64,000 nucleotides of DNA from Nitrosopumilus sp. (GCA_965203315.1 OZ241857.1:1184001-1248000), one strand, 5' to 3'; shown: positions 28,372 to 38,963, numbered from the stretch's first letter. The notes: generated by a model not told the origin, from the letters alone. Numbers and translations: made by a program.

Positions 28372-29403
28372 ATGGGTAAGAATATCTATGCTTCAGTAAA
28401 GTCGTACAGTCGTAGAGGACAACTACTCAAAAAGTCTGACTATCAAACTCTGGCCGAATCACGTGATCTTGACGAGTTGATGACTAGGATAAAGAATACG
28501 ATATACGATGATGCCATATCTGACGTACAGAAACCATACACATCACAGAGGATCGAGGCAGCACTACGTGGTCACCTAGCAACCATGCATTACTCTATTG
28601 CAAAGACTACAGAAGACTCGAAGATTCTTGATGCATATTTCATAAAGTTTATCATTACAAATCTAAAGCAGGTTCTCAAGGGAAAGGTTCTAAACAAACC
28701 GCAAGAAGAGATCGAATCTCACATCAATCTGAGAGCAGAAGAGTTACTCAAACAACGAGATATTATTGTAAAGGCTCTAGTTGCCAAGGATCTCGAAGAG
28801 GCAGTAGCTAGTCTCAGTACATCTCTGTTTGGTGACGAGATAGCAAAGGCAGTAACATTGTACAATGAACGAAAGAATATTCAGATCTTTGACACATACT
28901 TTGACAAGATACTGTATCAACAGCTTGGTCGTTCATTAAACAGTACTAGAGACATGGATGTCGTCAAGTTGGTTGGAATGGACATAGACTTTTACAATCT
29001 ACAGAGCATCATTCGTGGTAAATTTTGGGGGTTGGATGAAGCACAGATCGAGGATCTTATAGTTGCACAGACGCCAACTATCACAAAGGATGTACTTGGA
29101 AAGATTATATCTACAGCATCTGTAAGAGATGCCTTTACAGAGATATCAAATACTAGATACAAGAGTCTCGTTCCTGAAGTAACTAACGAGTTGGATGCAG
29201 TGACCGAGTTTGAGCGAGCATTTGAGATGCAGTTGTATCACGCTGCAGCGCGCTCCTTTACAAAGATGTTCAGTTTTGCGACCATAGTAGGTATCACAAA
29301 ACTGACTACATTTGAGGTCAGAAATATGGGAACGATATCATATGCAGTGGAACAAAAGATTCCAATAGAGACTTGCATGTCAAAGTTGATCATTGAGGAG
29401 TAA
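28372..29403 (+). CDS. atpC: A-type ATP synthase subunit C
   Basis: 343-aa helical protein; DIDFYNLQSIIRGK and FEVRNM motifs of the AC39 family. Confidence 0.85.
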   Translation: MGKNIYASVKSYSRRGQLLKKSDYQTLAESRDLDELMTRIKNTIYDDAISDVQKPYTSQRIEAALRGHLATMHYSIAKTTEDSKILDAYFIKFIITNLKQVLKGKVLNKPQEEIESHINLRAEELLKQRDIIVKALVAKDLEEAVASLSTSLFGDEIAKAVTLYNERKNIQIFDTYFDKILYQQLGRSLNSTRDMDVVKLVGMDIDFYNLQSIIRGKFWGLDEAQIEDLIVAQTPTITKDVLGKIISTASVRDAFTEISNTRYKSLVPEVTNELDAVTEFERAFEMQLYHAAARSFTKMFSFATIVGITKLTTFEVRNMGTISYAVEQKIPIETCMSKLIIEE

Positions 29404-29639
29404 TGATACGATTTCCTAAAAAGAGTGACAAGGTCTCAACTGAGACACTCGTAAATACCATATGGGTGAGTGCCTTTATGGGAATGATCTTTACAATACC
29501 ACCACTTGGAGTATTTCTTGGGTTATACTTTGGGACGGGAGAGTTACTAGTTGCCGTAATATTGGGATTTGGACTACATTTTATCATACTAGCCTTCTCG
29601 GATAGGATCTCGAAGACTTTAACTGAGATTATGCATTAG
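29403..29639 (+). CDS. Small two-TM hypothetical protein
   Basis: TAATG coupling to atpC; hydrophobic. Confidence 0.7.
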   Translation: MIRFPKKSDKVSTETLVNTIWVSAFMGMIFTIPPLGVFLGLYFGTGELLVAVILGFGLHFIILAFSDRISKTLTEIMH

Positions 29640-29654
29640 GGAGATAGATGTACA

Positions 29655-30308
29655 ATGATGGGCGATCGAGATTTTAGAAGTATAATCAAGAATGCGTTAG
29701 GGACGATTGGACGCGAACTCGAGTTAGAGATTGATCCAACAGATACAAATACGATCTATCTTGGTGAAGTTATCCGCTGCCTCAGGAGATCATACTATGA
29801 TAGAGTAGATCCTAGAGAGATCGAGAGACATGGATTTAACGAGCTGTTGACAGGACTGTTGCGAAAGTTAGAGTATGGTAGTGAGCCAAAAGAGTTTGTA
29901 ATAGACGACATAAAGTTGAGGGGTCATGCAGACATGATTGCAGATGACTCTATTCTGTTATTTAGACCAACAGTCACGGGAGAAATGGAGAGTCCTAATG
30001 GATCTGACATGTTGTATCTAAATGCGTGTTTATGGATATATGACAAGACGGATGGCGTTATAGTATACATTACTGGAGATCGACAAGAGACGACCTTTTC
30101 ATTAACTCGCAACAAAAAGATGTTCGAAGAGGTTATTAGGCGGGTCCGAGTCTTGAGTAATCTTTTAGGAGAAGGAAAGACGCCGATCCTAGAACCGTCT
30201 ACTGACTGCTCAGACTGCCAGTACTATGATCGTTGTTATGTCAAAAAGACTCATACAAAGCAGGTAACTCTGGCTGAAATGTTTGGACTCGGAAAGAAAG
30301 ACGACTAG
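29655..30308 (+). CDS. Solo Cas4-like / PD-(D/E)XK-fold Fe-S protein
   Basis: N-terminal Cys (CLRRSYY), LRGHAD and C-terminal CSDCQYYDRC. Confidence 0.75.
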   Translation: MMGDRDFRSIIKNALGTIGRELELEIDPTDTNTIYLGEVIRCLRRSYYDRVDPREIERHGFNELLTGLLRKLEYGSEPKEFVIDDIKLRGHADMIADDSILLFRPTVTGEMESPNGSDMLYLNACLWIYDKTDGVIVYITGDRQETTFSLTRNKKMFEEVIRRVRVLSNLLGEGKTPILEPSTDCSDCQYYDRCYVKKTHTKQVTLAEMFGLGKKDD

Positions 30309-30462
30309 ATATGTAATGAGCTCTATCCGACTGTAAGCGCGAAACTAGATCTGATATTTGAGCGCGATGTTTCTGTACAAATCCATACTGGATCAAGATG
30401 AAACAAGTATGATGAAAAACAGTTACAGATTTTGCTGTCTAAATATCAAAAAAGGTATGATA

Positions 30463-32043
30463 TTAGGTCTCACGCACAACTCTTAGCATTTCTTCGTATG
30501 GATTGAGTCCTTGTTGCTTCCATGTAGTTATACATGTAAAGATTGAACTCAATCGTTGTCTGCCTTTCTCAGATACGACATGTTGACACGTCTTGCGGAA
30601 TAGCACGAGTCTTCTCAGAGCACGTTCTGCCCGATTGTTTGTCGGCTCCATGCCCGGATGTGTCACGAATGTGTACAGTTCATGTGCAGCATTCTCTAGA
30701 TGAGTACCAAATTTGATATCCATCTTTTTGTATGCAGCTGCAAGCCGCAACGTCTCGCGTATGAGATCGTCTACAGCATATTTGAGATACAGGTCTACGC
30801 AATTGGGATCCTTTGCTTGTAGTCGAGTGGCAATCTCAAATAGTGCATGCAACCTCCGAAACATCATTAATGTACGTACATCACATACTGCACTTTCCGC
30901 GTGTCGCAATACGTGCGCCCAACACCGCTGCCGTATTTTAAACAAAAAATACACCGAATATCCATCACATACGAGTGGTATGTAGACAAATTTTCCAAAA
31001 TTCTCTTTTAGGAATTTCTTTCCACGTGATGGTCCTATCATAAATTGCGTACCATAATCGCCTACCAACACCCAAACCCATCCCAATGCTGCTAAAAGAG
31101 ATAGTGATGTCTCGTCCATGTGTGTATATCTTGACTTTTGGTTGCGTTCTGCAATCTTGTCCGCTTCTTTTTTGAGTCTGTCGCCAACCTCGTTTATTGC
31201 TCCAGTTACCATGTTATGAGAGATACGTGGATCCAAACACTGTAGCGATGTCGTTATTGACTTTATGCTGCTGCCACACTCTCTCATTATGGTCGCCATA
31301 CAGCCTAAATTCACGCCTAGCATTGTATTGTTTAATACATCTGGTATGTTATCTAGCGTGTTACCTGCACTGCCACAACAATTGCAGGCATATTTGTATC
31401 CGTTATGCATTATGACTTTGATATTGCACTCTAAATCCATAGATATTGTGTGTCCAGCGAACACGTTTGTCATATCTTGACTTCCACAATCATCACATTG
31501 TTCTTTTTTATGTGGTACGATCTCGTCTGCAGATATATCGTGTGTGATTCCATCATATCCCTTTGGTCGTCCTACCGGTTTTGGTACGGTTACTAGTTTT
31601 ACTTTTTTTGTACCTGATTTTGGTTTTCGTGATCGTGGAGTATTATGATTATTAGAAATCTCTCCTAGTTTCTCTTTCTCTTTGGCCTGTTCTGTTTGAG
31701 CTTTAATCTTTTCTTGTTTGTCATCTATCTTCTTTTTGGTGTTACGAATCTTGGTCTTGGATAAATTTTCTTCACGTTCAATAATGTTAATCACTTTCTT
31801 AAACGCAGTGATGCATGCAACTATTGCATTAGGTGATACTTGGAGTCCTAGCAGTGCAGTAATCAAAATCTTGTACACCTTTAGCATGTTCTTGCTCTTT
31901 TGTGCTAGTTGTGTTTGAAGAGATTCGACTGCTGCGTCACTCTCTTTCTTGGCATTCTTTAGCTGTGTCATCTCCTTAGCCATTGCTTGTTTCTCTGCCT
32001 TTAGAGTGGCTATCTGCTCTTGGTACGCAAGAATCGTAGACAT
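30463..32043 (-). CDS. IS66 transposase
   Basis: Coiled coil; CDDC..CNCC Zn finger; HMDET, VCDGY, QRCWAH and PTNNRAERALR. Confidence 0.92.
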   Translation of the reverse strand: MSTILAYQEQIATLKAEKQAMAKEMTQLKNAKKESDAAVESLQTQLAQKSKNMLKVYKILITALLGLQVSPNAIVACITAFKKVINIIEREENLSKTKIRNTKKKIDDKQEKIKAQTEQAKEKEKLGEISNNHNTPRSRKPKSGTKKVKLVTVPKPVGRPKGYDGITHDISADEIVPHKKEQCDDCGSQDMTNVFAGHTISMDLECNIKVIMHNGYKYACNCCGSAGNTLDNIPDVLNNTMLGVNLGCMATIMRECGSSIKSITTSLQCLDPRISHNMVTGAINEVGDRLKKEADKIAERNQKSRYTHMDETSLSLLAALGWVWVLVGDYGTQFMIGPSRGKKFLKENFGKFVYIPLVCDGYSVYFLFKIRQRCWAHVLRHAESAVCDVRTLMMFRRLHALFEIATRLQAKDPNCVDLYLKYAVDDLIRETLRLAAAYKKMDIKFGTHLENAAHELYTFVTHPGMEPTNNRAERALRRLVLFRKTCQHVVSEKGRQRLSSIFTCITTWKQQGLNPYEEMLRVVRET

Positions 32044-32228
32044 GACTCTAGTTGGTAAAGGCGGTGTTTAAGTTAGGATATCGCATAAAGTTGTCCTTTT
32101 AGTTTACATTTCTTGACCTACATTCAGATGATAGAAGGCATGTGAGTCGATCCAAGCGATCACCTGTAAATCGATCTAAAAGAGAAAATGCAAACGAACA
32201 GATTACCCATCTAAAAAAGAAAAACAAG

Positions 32229-33236
32229 ATGATCTATATCGGAATAGATGCACACAAGAGGTTTCTGCAAATTGCAGCAATGGATCAGGATGGCAAGCGT
32301 ATACTCAATGAGCGTGTTGCTACAGATCATGACAGTCTCAAAAAATTCTTTGCACAATTTACACCACTCAATACACGTTGTGTGATGGAGTCATCGTCAG
32401 TATGGTATTGGCTGTATAGATACTTGACAGATGAATTGGGATTTGATGTAGTACTATCGAATCCATATCAAACAAAGGCTATTGCCGAATCAAAGAAAAA
32501 GACAGACAAGGTGGATGCATGGACACTGGCAGATCTTTTAAGAGGAAATTATATCTCGCCTTGTTTTGTTCCTAGTGAATACACTGTTAAATTAAAACAG
32601 TTGGTTCGACATAGGGATGTAATTGTAAAGAGTAGAACAAAATACAAGAATCTCATACATGGGATATTACTGCAATATGGGATTAAAATACCTGGTTCAA
32701 GTTTTAGCAAGTCATTTAGAGAGGAATTGAAGAAACTTGAGGATTATAGAATAGACAACTATCTAGATATGATAACTTGCCATGAAGAAATGATTAGACA
32801 ATTGGATATTAAAATGCGTGAGGAGGTAAAGAGATCACAAGATGCACAGCTGTTAAAGACGATTCCCGGAGTTGGAAACTTTGTTGCACTTGTTGTAATA
32901 TCTAGTATTGGAGATGTCAAGAGATTCCCAACTGTTCGTAAGATATGTTCGTATGCAGGAATAGTACCATCTGTTCGTAATTCAGCTGGTAAACAAAATC
33001 ATGGACATATAACGAGGAAAGGTGATAAAATGCTTAGATGGGCATTGACCGAAGCAGTTCATGTACACATAAAATGTGAGCCCCATAGTTACATTACAAA
33101 ATTTCATAACAGAATTAAAAAGAGACGCGCGGTAAGCAAAGCAACTGTTGCAACTGCCTCCAAACTACTACGATTGATGTACCATATGCTTATAGATAGG
33201 GATGATTATGTCACACATTGTAGTCGAAATCATTAA
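32229..33236 (+). CDS. IS110 DEDD recombinase/transposase
   Basis: YIGIDAHK, VMESS, KTDKVDA, TIPGVG and GIVPSVRNSAG. Confidence 0.93.
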   Translation: MIYIGIDAHKRFLQIAAMDQDGKRILNERVATDHDSLKKFFAQFTPLNTRCVMESSSVWYWLYRYLTDELGFDVVLSNPYQTKAIAESKKKTDKVDAWTLADLLRGNYISPCFVPSEYTVKLKQLVRHRDVIVKSRTKYKNLIHGILLQYGIKIPGSSFSKSFREELKKLEDYRIDNYLDMITCHEEMIRQLDIKMREEVKRSQDAQLLKTIPGVGNFVALVVISSIGDVKRFPTVRKICSYAGIVPSVRNSAGKQNHGHITRKGDKMLRWALTEAVHVHIKCEPHSYITKFHNRIKKRRAVSKATVATASKLLRLMYHMLIDRDDYVTHCSRNH

Positions 33237-33416
33237 CGTACGGAAGATGTTTGAGATATCACTCGGCGACCTAAATGTACAGATTTTGACGAATGGACGA
33301 AGAATGATAGTGAGTTAACCACTCGAATGGATATATGTTCGCGGTCCTTTACATGGGAACACATCCCTAGCGTATGCTATGCACAATAGTCGTGAATCAG
33401 AGTAAATCTTTATAAG
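33237..33416 (+). ncRNA. Candidate bridge/seek RNA
   Basis: Non-coding end of the IS110 containing GACCTAA (target match) and ATGGATA (donor match); boundaries approximate. Confidence 0.55.
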
Positions 33417-33516
33417 CTATTCACATGGATAATATCTTACCAAAAAAGTGATTAGTAATGTGTGACTCAGAAACGACGACCCAATGAATTTACCTAGTCT
33501 AAATATCAAAAAGGTA

Positions 33517-33693
33517 GATTCTGTTAATTTGACGGGAGTTGGCATTTTCTGCACAAAATTTTCGAAAAATTTTGCAAAATATGGAAACGGTCTCATATCG
33601 GCGATCGTAAATTGCTGCTGTTTTGAGTCTCATATTGTGCGTTCTTTGATATAACATCATCACGATCTCAACCCTCGCCAATTGAACAGAACC
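33517..33693. mobile_element. 177-bp MITE with GGTTCTGTT-type (IS6-like) TIRs
   Basis: G(A)TTCTGTT...AACAGAACC; inverted homolog at 53666-53840. Confidence 0.85.
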
Positions 33694-34014
33694 TAATATT
33701 CAACTAGAACTGCAAATACTGTCCTTCTATGGCATCGTCCTTCAACCCGAAGAATCAAAAAAGAGATTACTCCTAGGTGGAACCAACTCTTTTGAGTTAT
33801 GTATAGGCTTAACTCACTGTCAATAATACTAAAGATAAGAAGGGTATTAAGTTTGGACGTGTGCTGAAGCTCGATCTAACAGAATTCACTGTCAATGAAT
33901 GCATAGGCAAACCGTGGGTTCAAATCAGCTCCATCCTATGATTAGGCACAAAATTGAAATTTTTTGACATGTGAGACAAATTTTCAATGGATGACATCTG
34001 CCAGATAGAAAACA

Positions 34015-34515
34015 CTATTTGAAACTTTTAGGTGGGGTGAACTCGGATCTATCAAGTAACTCTATAATTTCGTCAATCTCTTTTGGATATTTGACGCCTT
34101 TATTGCCTAGCATCTTTAGCAGTCCTTTCAAGTCGACATATTTTATTCCTAACATTGATGCTACTTTTTGTGCCTTTTTGTCATCAAATATACAGTATAT
34201 GTTGTTTTTATATCATCCAAGCTTTAGACAAGTCAAGATTACGTCTACTTCACCATCCTCTAACCTAGATGTACCTAGTTGGAAATTTTCTATCTCTTTT
34301 AGCGTATTTTTTTCTAATTTTGTGAGTCTACATCTATCTCTCAATCTCTGTACATTTGTACGTGTTCTACTATCCTTTAATTCATCCCACACAACATGTG
34401 GTATTGCCAACTCGTGACCCAATTGTAAAATAGCATCAAACGCTTGCGGATATTGGAATTGGCTAAATATCGCAATCAATGGCGATGAATCAAATATCTT
34501 CAATTCCCAATCCAA
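34015..34515 (-). pseudogene. PIN-domain (DUF3368-like) toxin with a single in-frame TGA
   Basis: IFDSSPLIA, LEDGEVDVI, then KLG*YKNNIYCIFDDKKAQKVA continuing in frame to TAG at 34015. Confidence 0.8.
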
Positions 34516-35132
34516 AGTAATTTTCTTTTGGCCATCTCGTCCATCATTATATGTTTAGGTATGCCAAGTAGTTCTCCTGCCTTGCCTAAACTAATCTTTT
34601 CCTCTACATACATGGAAATTATGTTTTCTTTGATATCTGGCTTGAGTTTTTCGTACGTTGTAGAACTTTTGGCCATATCTGGATACTTGCAGTACAAAAA
34701 TGATAATGCTACTGGAATAGTTAGATCGTTTATAATGTCTTTGTAGTTATGAAATACCCATGTCATCGTTAGGTTAAATGCATCTTGAAATTCTGGGAAT
34801 CCTCCTTTCTCTTCTCCAATGATTCTGGCATGCTCTGTGCTATGTTTGGTTAATTGAATAGTGTTGTCTTTTTCGACTAGTAGATCCATGTGTACTAGGC
34901 GCTCCAAAGTATCATTTAGGACAGTACTGTATGGGCCATCATCCTTTATTGTAAAATTACACCACTCTCTTATTTCTGGATATGGATCACCCAACACGTA
35001 CATCAAGACTTGGAGTTTCTGTCTGCCTTGTATAGGCTCGTCATCCACATACACAAGCAAAAGTATGTACTTTTCGAGTTCGCTGATCTCTAGAGTTGCA
35101 ACATCTATTGCCATGTATATAGTTCCGTGCAT
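34500..35132 (-). CDS. Putative antitoxin: winged helix + UPF0175-like C-terminal HTH
   Basis: GRQKLQVLMY..GPYS..L; ISLGKAGELLGI; overlaps the PIN start. Confidence 0.75.
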   Translation of the reverse strand: MHGTIYMAIDVATLEISELEKYILLLVYVDDEPIQGRQKLQVLMYVLGDPYPEIREWCNFTIKDDGPYSTVLNDTLERLVHMDLLVEKDNTIQLTKHSTEHARIIGEEKGGFPEFQDAFNLTMTWVFHNYKDIINDLTIPVALSFLYCKYPDMAKSSTTYEKLKPDIKENIISMYVEEKISLGKAGELLGIPKHIMMDEMAKRKLLWIGN

Positions 35133-35144
35133 ATATTATAAAAA

Positions 35145-35529
35145 GGCGATTAGTCGCTTACGTTTCCTAACATAAATTGCACTAACAAATTGAACAAATC
35201 GTACGCCCTGAAATTATATCGCCATTCCATCTCTTTTATGTACGGTAGAAAGGTGTCTTGACTCACGCCATGATACTTGGCCAAGTTCTGTTTTGCAAAG
35301 CTCCAGAATCCTTCGATCCCATTGGTATGTACCCCATCCTGTCCAAACGTCTTATTATGATCAACCGACTGGTGTTTGTAACCATGTATGACCAGTGAGT
35401 TCTATCCTGCCTACTTGTCAGTGTATATGGTACTAGCTTTCGCTACTGTTTAGGTTATGCTTGCAAGTAGAGTATTTGCACTGGCAACAGACCCCCTTAT
35501 TATTTAGGGGACGTAGGCGGCTAATCGCC
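35145..35529 (-). mobile_element. Internally deleted IS1595-family element
   Basis: 26-bp TIRs GGCGATTAG... (22/26); remnant HTNGIEGFWSFAK..KYHGVS..KEMEWRYN on the minus strand. Confidence 0.85.
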
Positions 35530-35900
35530 TAGATCTTTTATAGTCACGAACGGAATTGTTTTCTTGTTTACTCCTGCATATGTGTGGTCAGAGACGGAAT
35601 TTGCCTCTGGCAGAACAGATGACACCAAATTGTGACACAACACTAGGAAAATTATTATGTTCACGACTATCAGGCTCTGTCCGATGATTATTTTGAGAGA
35701 TTACATCGTTTAGGTTTTGTGATACCGTCCACGAGATAATTTGATAGTCTTGTGCCTAATCACAAGATGGAGACATCGTATCATGATTGAGTAAAATAGG
35801 CAACTCTGAATTTGTAATTATGATATCTAACGATAAGAGTGTACAGTTCCTAGTATTGACTAGGAAAATGAAAAAGGGTTGTAAAGGGTTTTCAGAACTC

Positions 35901-36011
35901 TTAGTCTAATGGTTCTGGATGTCCCTTGCCACGAAGTGCAAAAGTTACTACTGCTAATGCTATTGCAACTCCCGCTGCTGCGCCATATGCGGCCATTCCT
36001 GCTTCTGCCAT
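35901..36011 (-). CDS. 36-aa single-TM micro-protein (not in the ORF track)
   Basis: MAEAGMAAYGAAAGVAIALAVVTFALRGKGHPEPLD; TTTTAAAA box ~24 bp upstream; T-rich tract downstream. Confidence 0.65.
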   Translation of the reverse strand: MAEAGMAAYGAAAGVAIALAVVTFALRGKGHPEPLD

Positions 36012-36102
36012 ATAGTTAATCGTTCTAAACATGCTTTTAAAACTTTCTTAATAGTCGGTCTCTTAAAAATAAGTATCACAATGTATAGATTTTATGATAC
36101 AA

Positions 36103-36654
36103 TCACCGTACAAACTCAAAGTGTAGTTCATTCTCTTGACCGCTAGTCATGGAGCTCAGGTTGTAAAATAGATCGCCGGTCACCTTCCATGAAGCCGTAT
36201 CGGTCTCTAGTGCTGTCCACAATCGAGGTGTATTACCAGAGTTTTGTAGAGTGATCGTGTCTTTGAGTACTATAGAGTTCTCACCCAATAGTGTGTAATA
36301 GTTGGAGCTAAATTCAACTAGACCCTCAGGGCGACTTCCGATCTGACCTCCTGCAATCTGCTCAAACTCAGAGTAACCGCGTTCAAAGAGTTGATAGTCC
36401 ATCACCTGAACTATTACAGAGCGTTGATTTGGGTTCGATACCTCAAATGCTATATCGATTGTGGCAGAGCGTTGAGTAACCCTAGTTATCTCGATATCGA
36501 TCAGATCTATATCGAGTTGTTCTATCTGTGACATTTGAGATCGTGAGATATCATCACTAGTGTTACCAATCAATGTTGGACCAGTCAATAGTATTATGCC
36601 AAGAGCGGCAACAAGACCAACTACCGCTATACCAACAAAGATCTTTGGATTCAA
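36103..36654 (-). CDS. Membrane-anchored hypothetical protein (LEA_2/WHy-like)
   Basis: N-terminal TM; FEVSNPN motif. Confidence 0.7.
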   Translation of the reverse strand: MNPKIFVGIAVVGLVAALGIILLTGPTLIGNTSDDISRSQMSQIEQLDIDLIDIEITRVTQRSATIDIAFEVSNPNQRSVIVQVMDYQLFERGYSEFEQIAGGQIGSRPEGLVEFSSNYYTLLGENSIVLKDTITLQNSGNTPRLWTALETDTASWKVTGDLFYNLSSMTSGQENELHFEFVR

Positions 36655-36711
36655 TACTATCGTCAGATATCAGAGATGATTATTATATCATTGGTACAAT
36701 AGAACATAGAT

Positions 36712-37056
36712 ATGCAATACTTTGAAGCGGTTCAAAAAGGAAAGCAGAGGGCCAGTAAATCTCAGATGAAGATGTTTGAGGTTGCAGGGTTTGGAATGTT
36801 AACTCTAACCACAAAAAAGATCGATGGTAAATTTGAGCCAGTCGGTGAGGAAGAGTTTGCAGCTGTTATTGGTGTGGATGATGGATTCGTTGCGTTGATC
36901 GTGGACGCAGACGGATTCACAAAAGCACAGTCAAAGACACTACCAAAAGATAATGCCATGAACATATTTGTTCAACTCTGCAAGACTGGAATGACACAGT
37001 ACACAAAGGATCGTATACAGATATGGTCAGAGACTAGACCTACTGTTCATCTATAG
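36712..37056 (+). CDS. Hypothetical protein
   Basis: Clean ORF with host-like codon usage. Confidence 0.7.
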   Translation: MQYFEAVQKGKQRASKSQMKMFEVAGFGMLTLTTKKIDGKFEPVGEEEFAAVIGVDDGFVALIVDADGFTKAQSKTLPKDNAMNIFVQLCKTGMTQYTKDRIQIWSETRPTVHL

Positions 37057-37740
37057 TTTCTTGGGAGGTAAGACCAGTTTGGTTCCAACCTCTTCACCAC
37101 ATATGGCACGTTCGAGCATCTTTGGTGTGGCCTTTAAGATTCGCGTCTTTATTCTAGAGCGTTCTATTATCTTTAAAGCGATCATATCCATTAGATCATA
37201 ACCGCCTGCTATCGAGTCTTGATGAACAAGTATGTTTTTGAGACTCTTGAGATCGATTCGTTTGAAACGCTTTGCGTCTCTGTATTGGTTTGGATCCTTG
37301 TCGTATACACCATCTACATCAGTTGCGTTTAGAAATTGAGATGCGTTGACCTTTTCGGCTACAAGTGCAGCAGTGCCGTTGGTGCTTTGGCCTGGGTATA
37401 GACCACCAGTCACTACGATTGGACTGTCATCTATTGCATGTCTGATCTCTTGTAGAGTTGTAGGAGGGTGAGAGTATGCCTTGTCTTTTAGAGCATAGAT
37501 GAGTAGTTTGGCGTTTAGTCTAGAGATCTCGATCCCTAGCTCGTCCAGTGTAGACTCGTCTGCTCCTGACGATCTTGCATGATCTATGTAATGGCGAGCA
37601 ATCTTGCCACCACCGGCAACTACGATTGGTTGGTATGTCGAGCTAACCTTCACCAACAGCTGGGCGTACTCTTTTATAGTCTTTGTATTATCCATGCTGA
37701 ATACACGACCAGATAGTTTGATCACAATTCGTGGCTTCAT
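37051..37740 (-). CDS. pyrH: Uridylate kinase
   Basis: [23 protein letters not shown] and [11 protein letters not shown]. Confidence 0.94.
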   Translation of the reverse strand: MKPRIVIKLSGRVFSMDNTKTIKEYAQLLVKVSSTYQPIVVAGGGKIARHYIDHARSSGADESTLDELGIEISRLNAKLLIYALKDKAYSHPPTTLQEIRHAIDDSPIVVTGGLYPGQSTNGTAALVAEKVNASQFLNATDVDGVYDKDPNQYRDAKRFKRIDLKSLKNILVHQDSIAGGYDLMDMIALKIIERSRIKTRILKATPKMLERAICGEEVGTKLVLPPKKL

Positions 37741-38963
37741 TCTAAATCACCAAGTATTGATCTTGCAGCAATTTCAACTTTCTTCCTATTCTGTTTTGTA
37801 TATATGCGTAGAATGTTCACAAATCCAGAGATTGCAGATGCGATTGGGATCTCAGAGATCGACATCTCTGTTATGAGTGGTTTATGCGGGTTTACGAGTA
37901 AGATAGATTTAGGTTCGTCTTTGGAAGGTGAGAGTGGAATAGATGGTGTAGCTGAGCTGTCTACAAAGATATCATCTTCATCGACTTTGGAGCGTTTGGC
38001 GATCTCGCGTCGTAGTTCGTCGTTGTAATCGGTCTTGTTGCTAGTCTTGTCTGTTATGATCCTCTCAAAGACACACTTTAGTAGATTCCTGTTCTGATAG
38101 TCTAGTATGAACTGCCTAGCTCGATCCAGTTTTGGTGTACTAGATTCGAGTATCTTGAATAGAATAAACTCATCTGTAAGTTTGATGTACTCGTCTAGAT
38201 CAAACTCTGTAAATCCAAACTCATCATCAGATATACGTAACGCCTCGATCAACATCACCTCTGCTGCACGAACCGACTTGTGAAAGTATACCGACTTGAA
38301 CATCTGGTGTCTAGAGTGGATCATCGATTCAAAGGAGTATAGTGCTGATCGTTCTAGTGCAAGTCGTCTCTTATGGACTGCAAAGGATTGTGTTATTCGT
38401 CTGTGATCTACCTTGGCATGCTCTGAACCTGTAAAGTAACCATCACGTTGGAGATAGTCCATCATATCTGCGCTGAGTGGCCCGGATATTATCTCATTCA
38501 TGAATGGGAACTTTGATCTGCCAAATGCGATATTAGCTACTAGTTGTTTATCATAGCCTACCTTGGATAGTATATCGCCTATCTCTGACTTTGTAATCAG
38601 TTCGTCTCCAAAATCTTCGTGAGACATATGCTTCTTGTCCATGACCTCCTCGAATGAGTGTGAGAATGGACCGTGTCCAATATCATGTAATAGACCAACT
38701 AGCCGCAGTAGATGAATGTCGTCACGTTTTATGAGACCCTTCTCGTATAGAGTCTGACCAGCTTGGCCTGCTATCTGCATCACACCTAACGAGTGTTCAA
38801 ATCTGGTATGTTGAGCGCTCGGGTATGTTAGATGAGCCCCAGACAGCTGTCTGATCCTGCGCAGTCGTTGAAATATAGGATGATCGATTATTGATAGTTC
38901 ATGATCATATACATGAATGAATCCGTGAATTGGATCTATGATATCTAGATCATTTGATCTCAT
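37737..38963 (-). CDS. HD-domain phosphohydrolase (SAMHD1/YwfO-like)
   Basis: [31 protein letters not shown] and DMMDYLQRD. Confidence 0.92.
   Translation of the reverse strand: MRSNDLDIIDPIHGFIHVYDHELSIIDHPIFQRLRRIRQLSGAHLTYPSAQHTRFEHSLGVMQIAGQAGQTLYEKGLIKRDDIHLLRLVGLLHDIGHGPFSHSFEEVMDKKHMSHEDFGDELITKSEIGDILSKVGYDKQLVANIAFGRSKFPFMNEIISGPLSADMMDYLQRDGYFTGSEHAKVDHRRITQSFAVHKRRLALERSALYSFESMIHSRHQMFKSVYFHKSVRAAEVMLIEALRISDDEFGFTEFDLDEYIKLTDEFILFKILESSTPKLDRARQFILDYQNRNLLKCVFERIITDKTSNKTDYNDELRREIAKRSKVDEDDIFVDSSATPSIPLSPSKDEPKSILLVNPHKPLITEMSISEIPIASAISGFVNILRIYTKQNRKKVEIAARSILGDLE

Larger units (their letters stand above)
32121..33431 (+). mobile_element. IS110-family (IS1111-like) element
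   Basis: Ends defined by the split IS66 TIR, with a shared TA core; sub-terminal IRs CATGTGAGTCG (32139) / CTATTCACATG (33417); ~195-bp 3' non-coding end. Confidence 0.85.
30455..33440 (-). mobile_element. IS66-family element (single-ORF type) with one TIR interrupted by an IS110
   Basis: TIR GTATGATATTAGGTC; split TIR GACCTA (32115-32120) + ATATCTTAC (33432-33440); 8-bp TSD CAAAAAAG at 30447 and 33441. Confidence 0.9.
33939..35762. mobile_element. Degenerate IS630-like shell enclosing a TA pair and an IS1595 MITE
   Basis: Perfect 13-bp IR TGATTAGGCACAA; TA on the left flank; residual GIVFLFTPAY near 35552-35581. Confidence 0.55.

Noticed and set aside
30437-33516. ~20-bp direct repeat GTCTAAATATCAAAAA(A)GGTA as the TSD of a composite transposon
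   Set aside because: The IS66 TIRs and 8-bp TSD already define the boundaries. In the empty site these are two short repeats ~65 bp apart, of unknown significance.
33499-33681. 60-aa ORF (also 53705-53890 and 6854-7072)
   Set aside because: These lie largely within MITEs and are likely spurious.
34213-34215. Selenocysteine or readthrough TGA in the PIN gene
   Set aside because: The paralog has Gln at this non-catalytic position, so a simple nonsense mutation is more likely.
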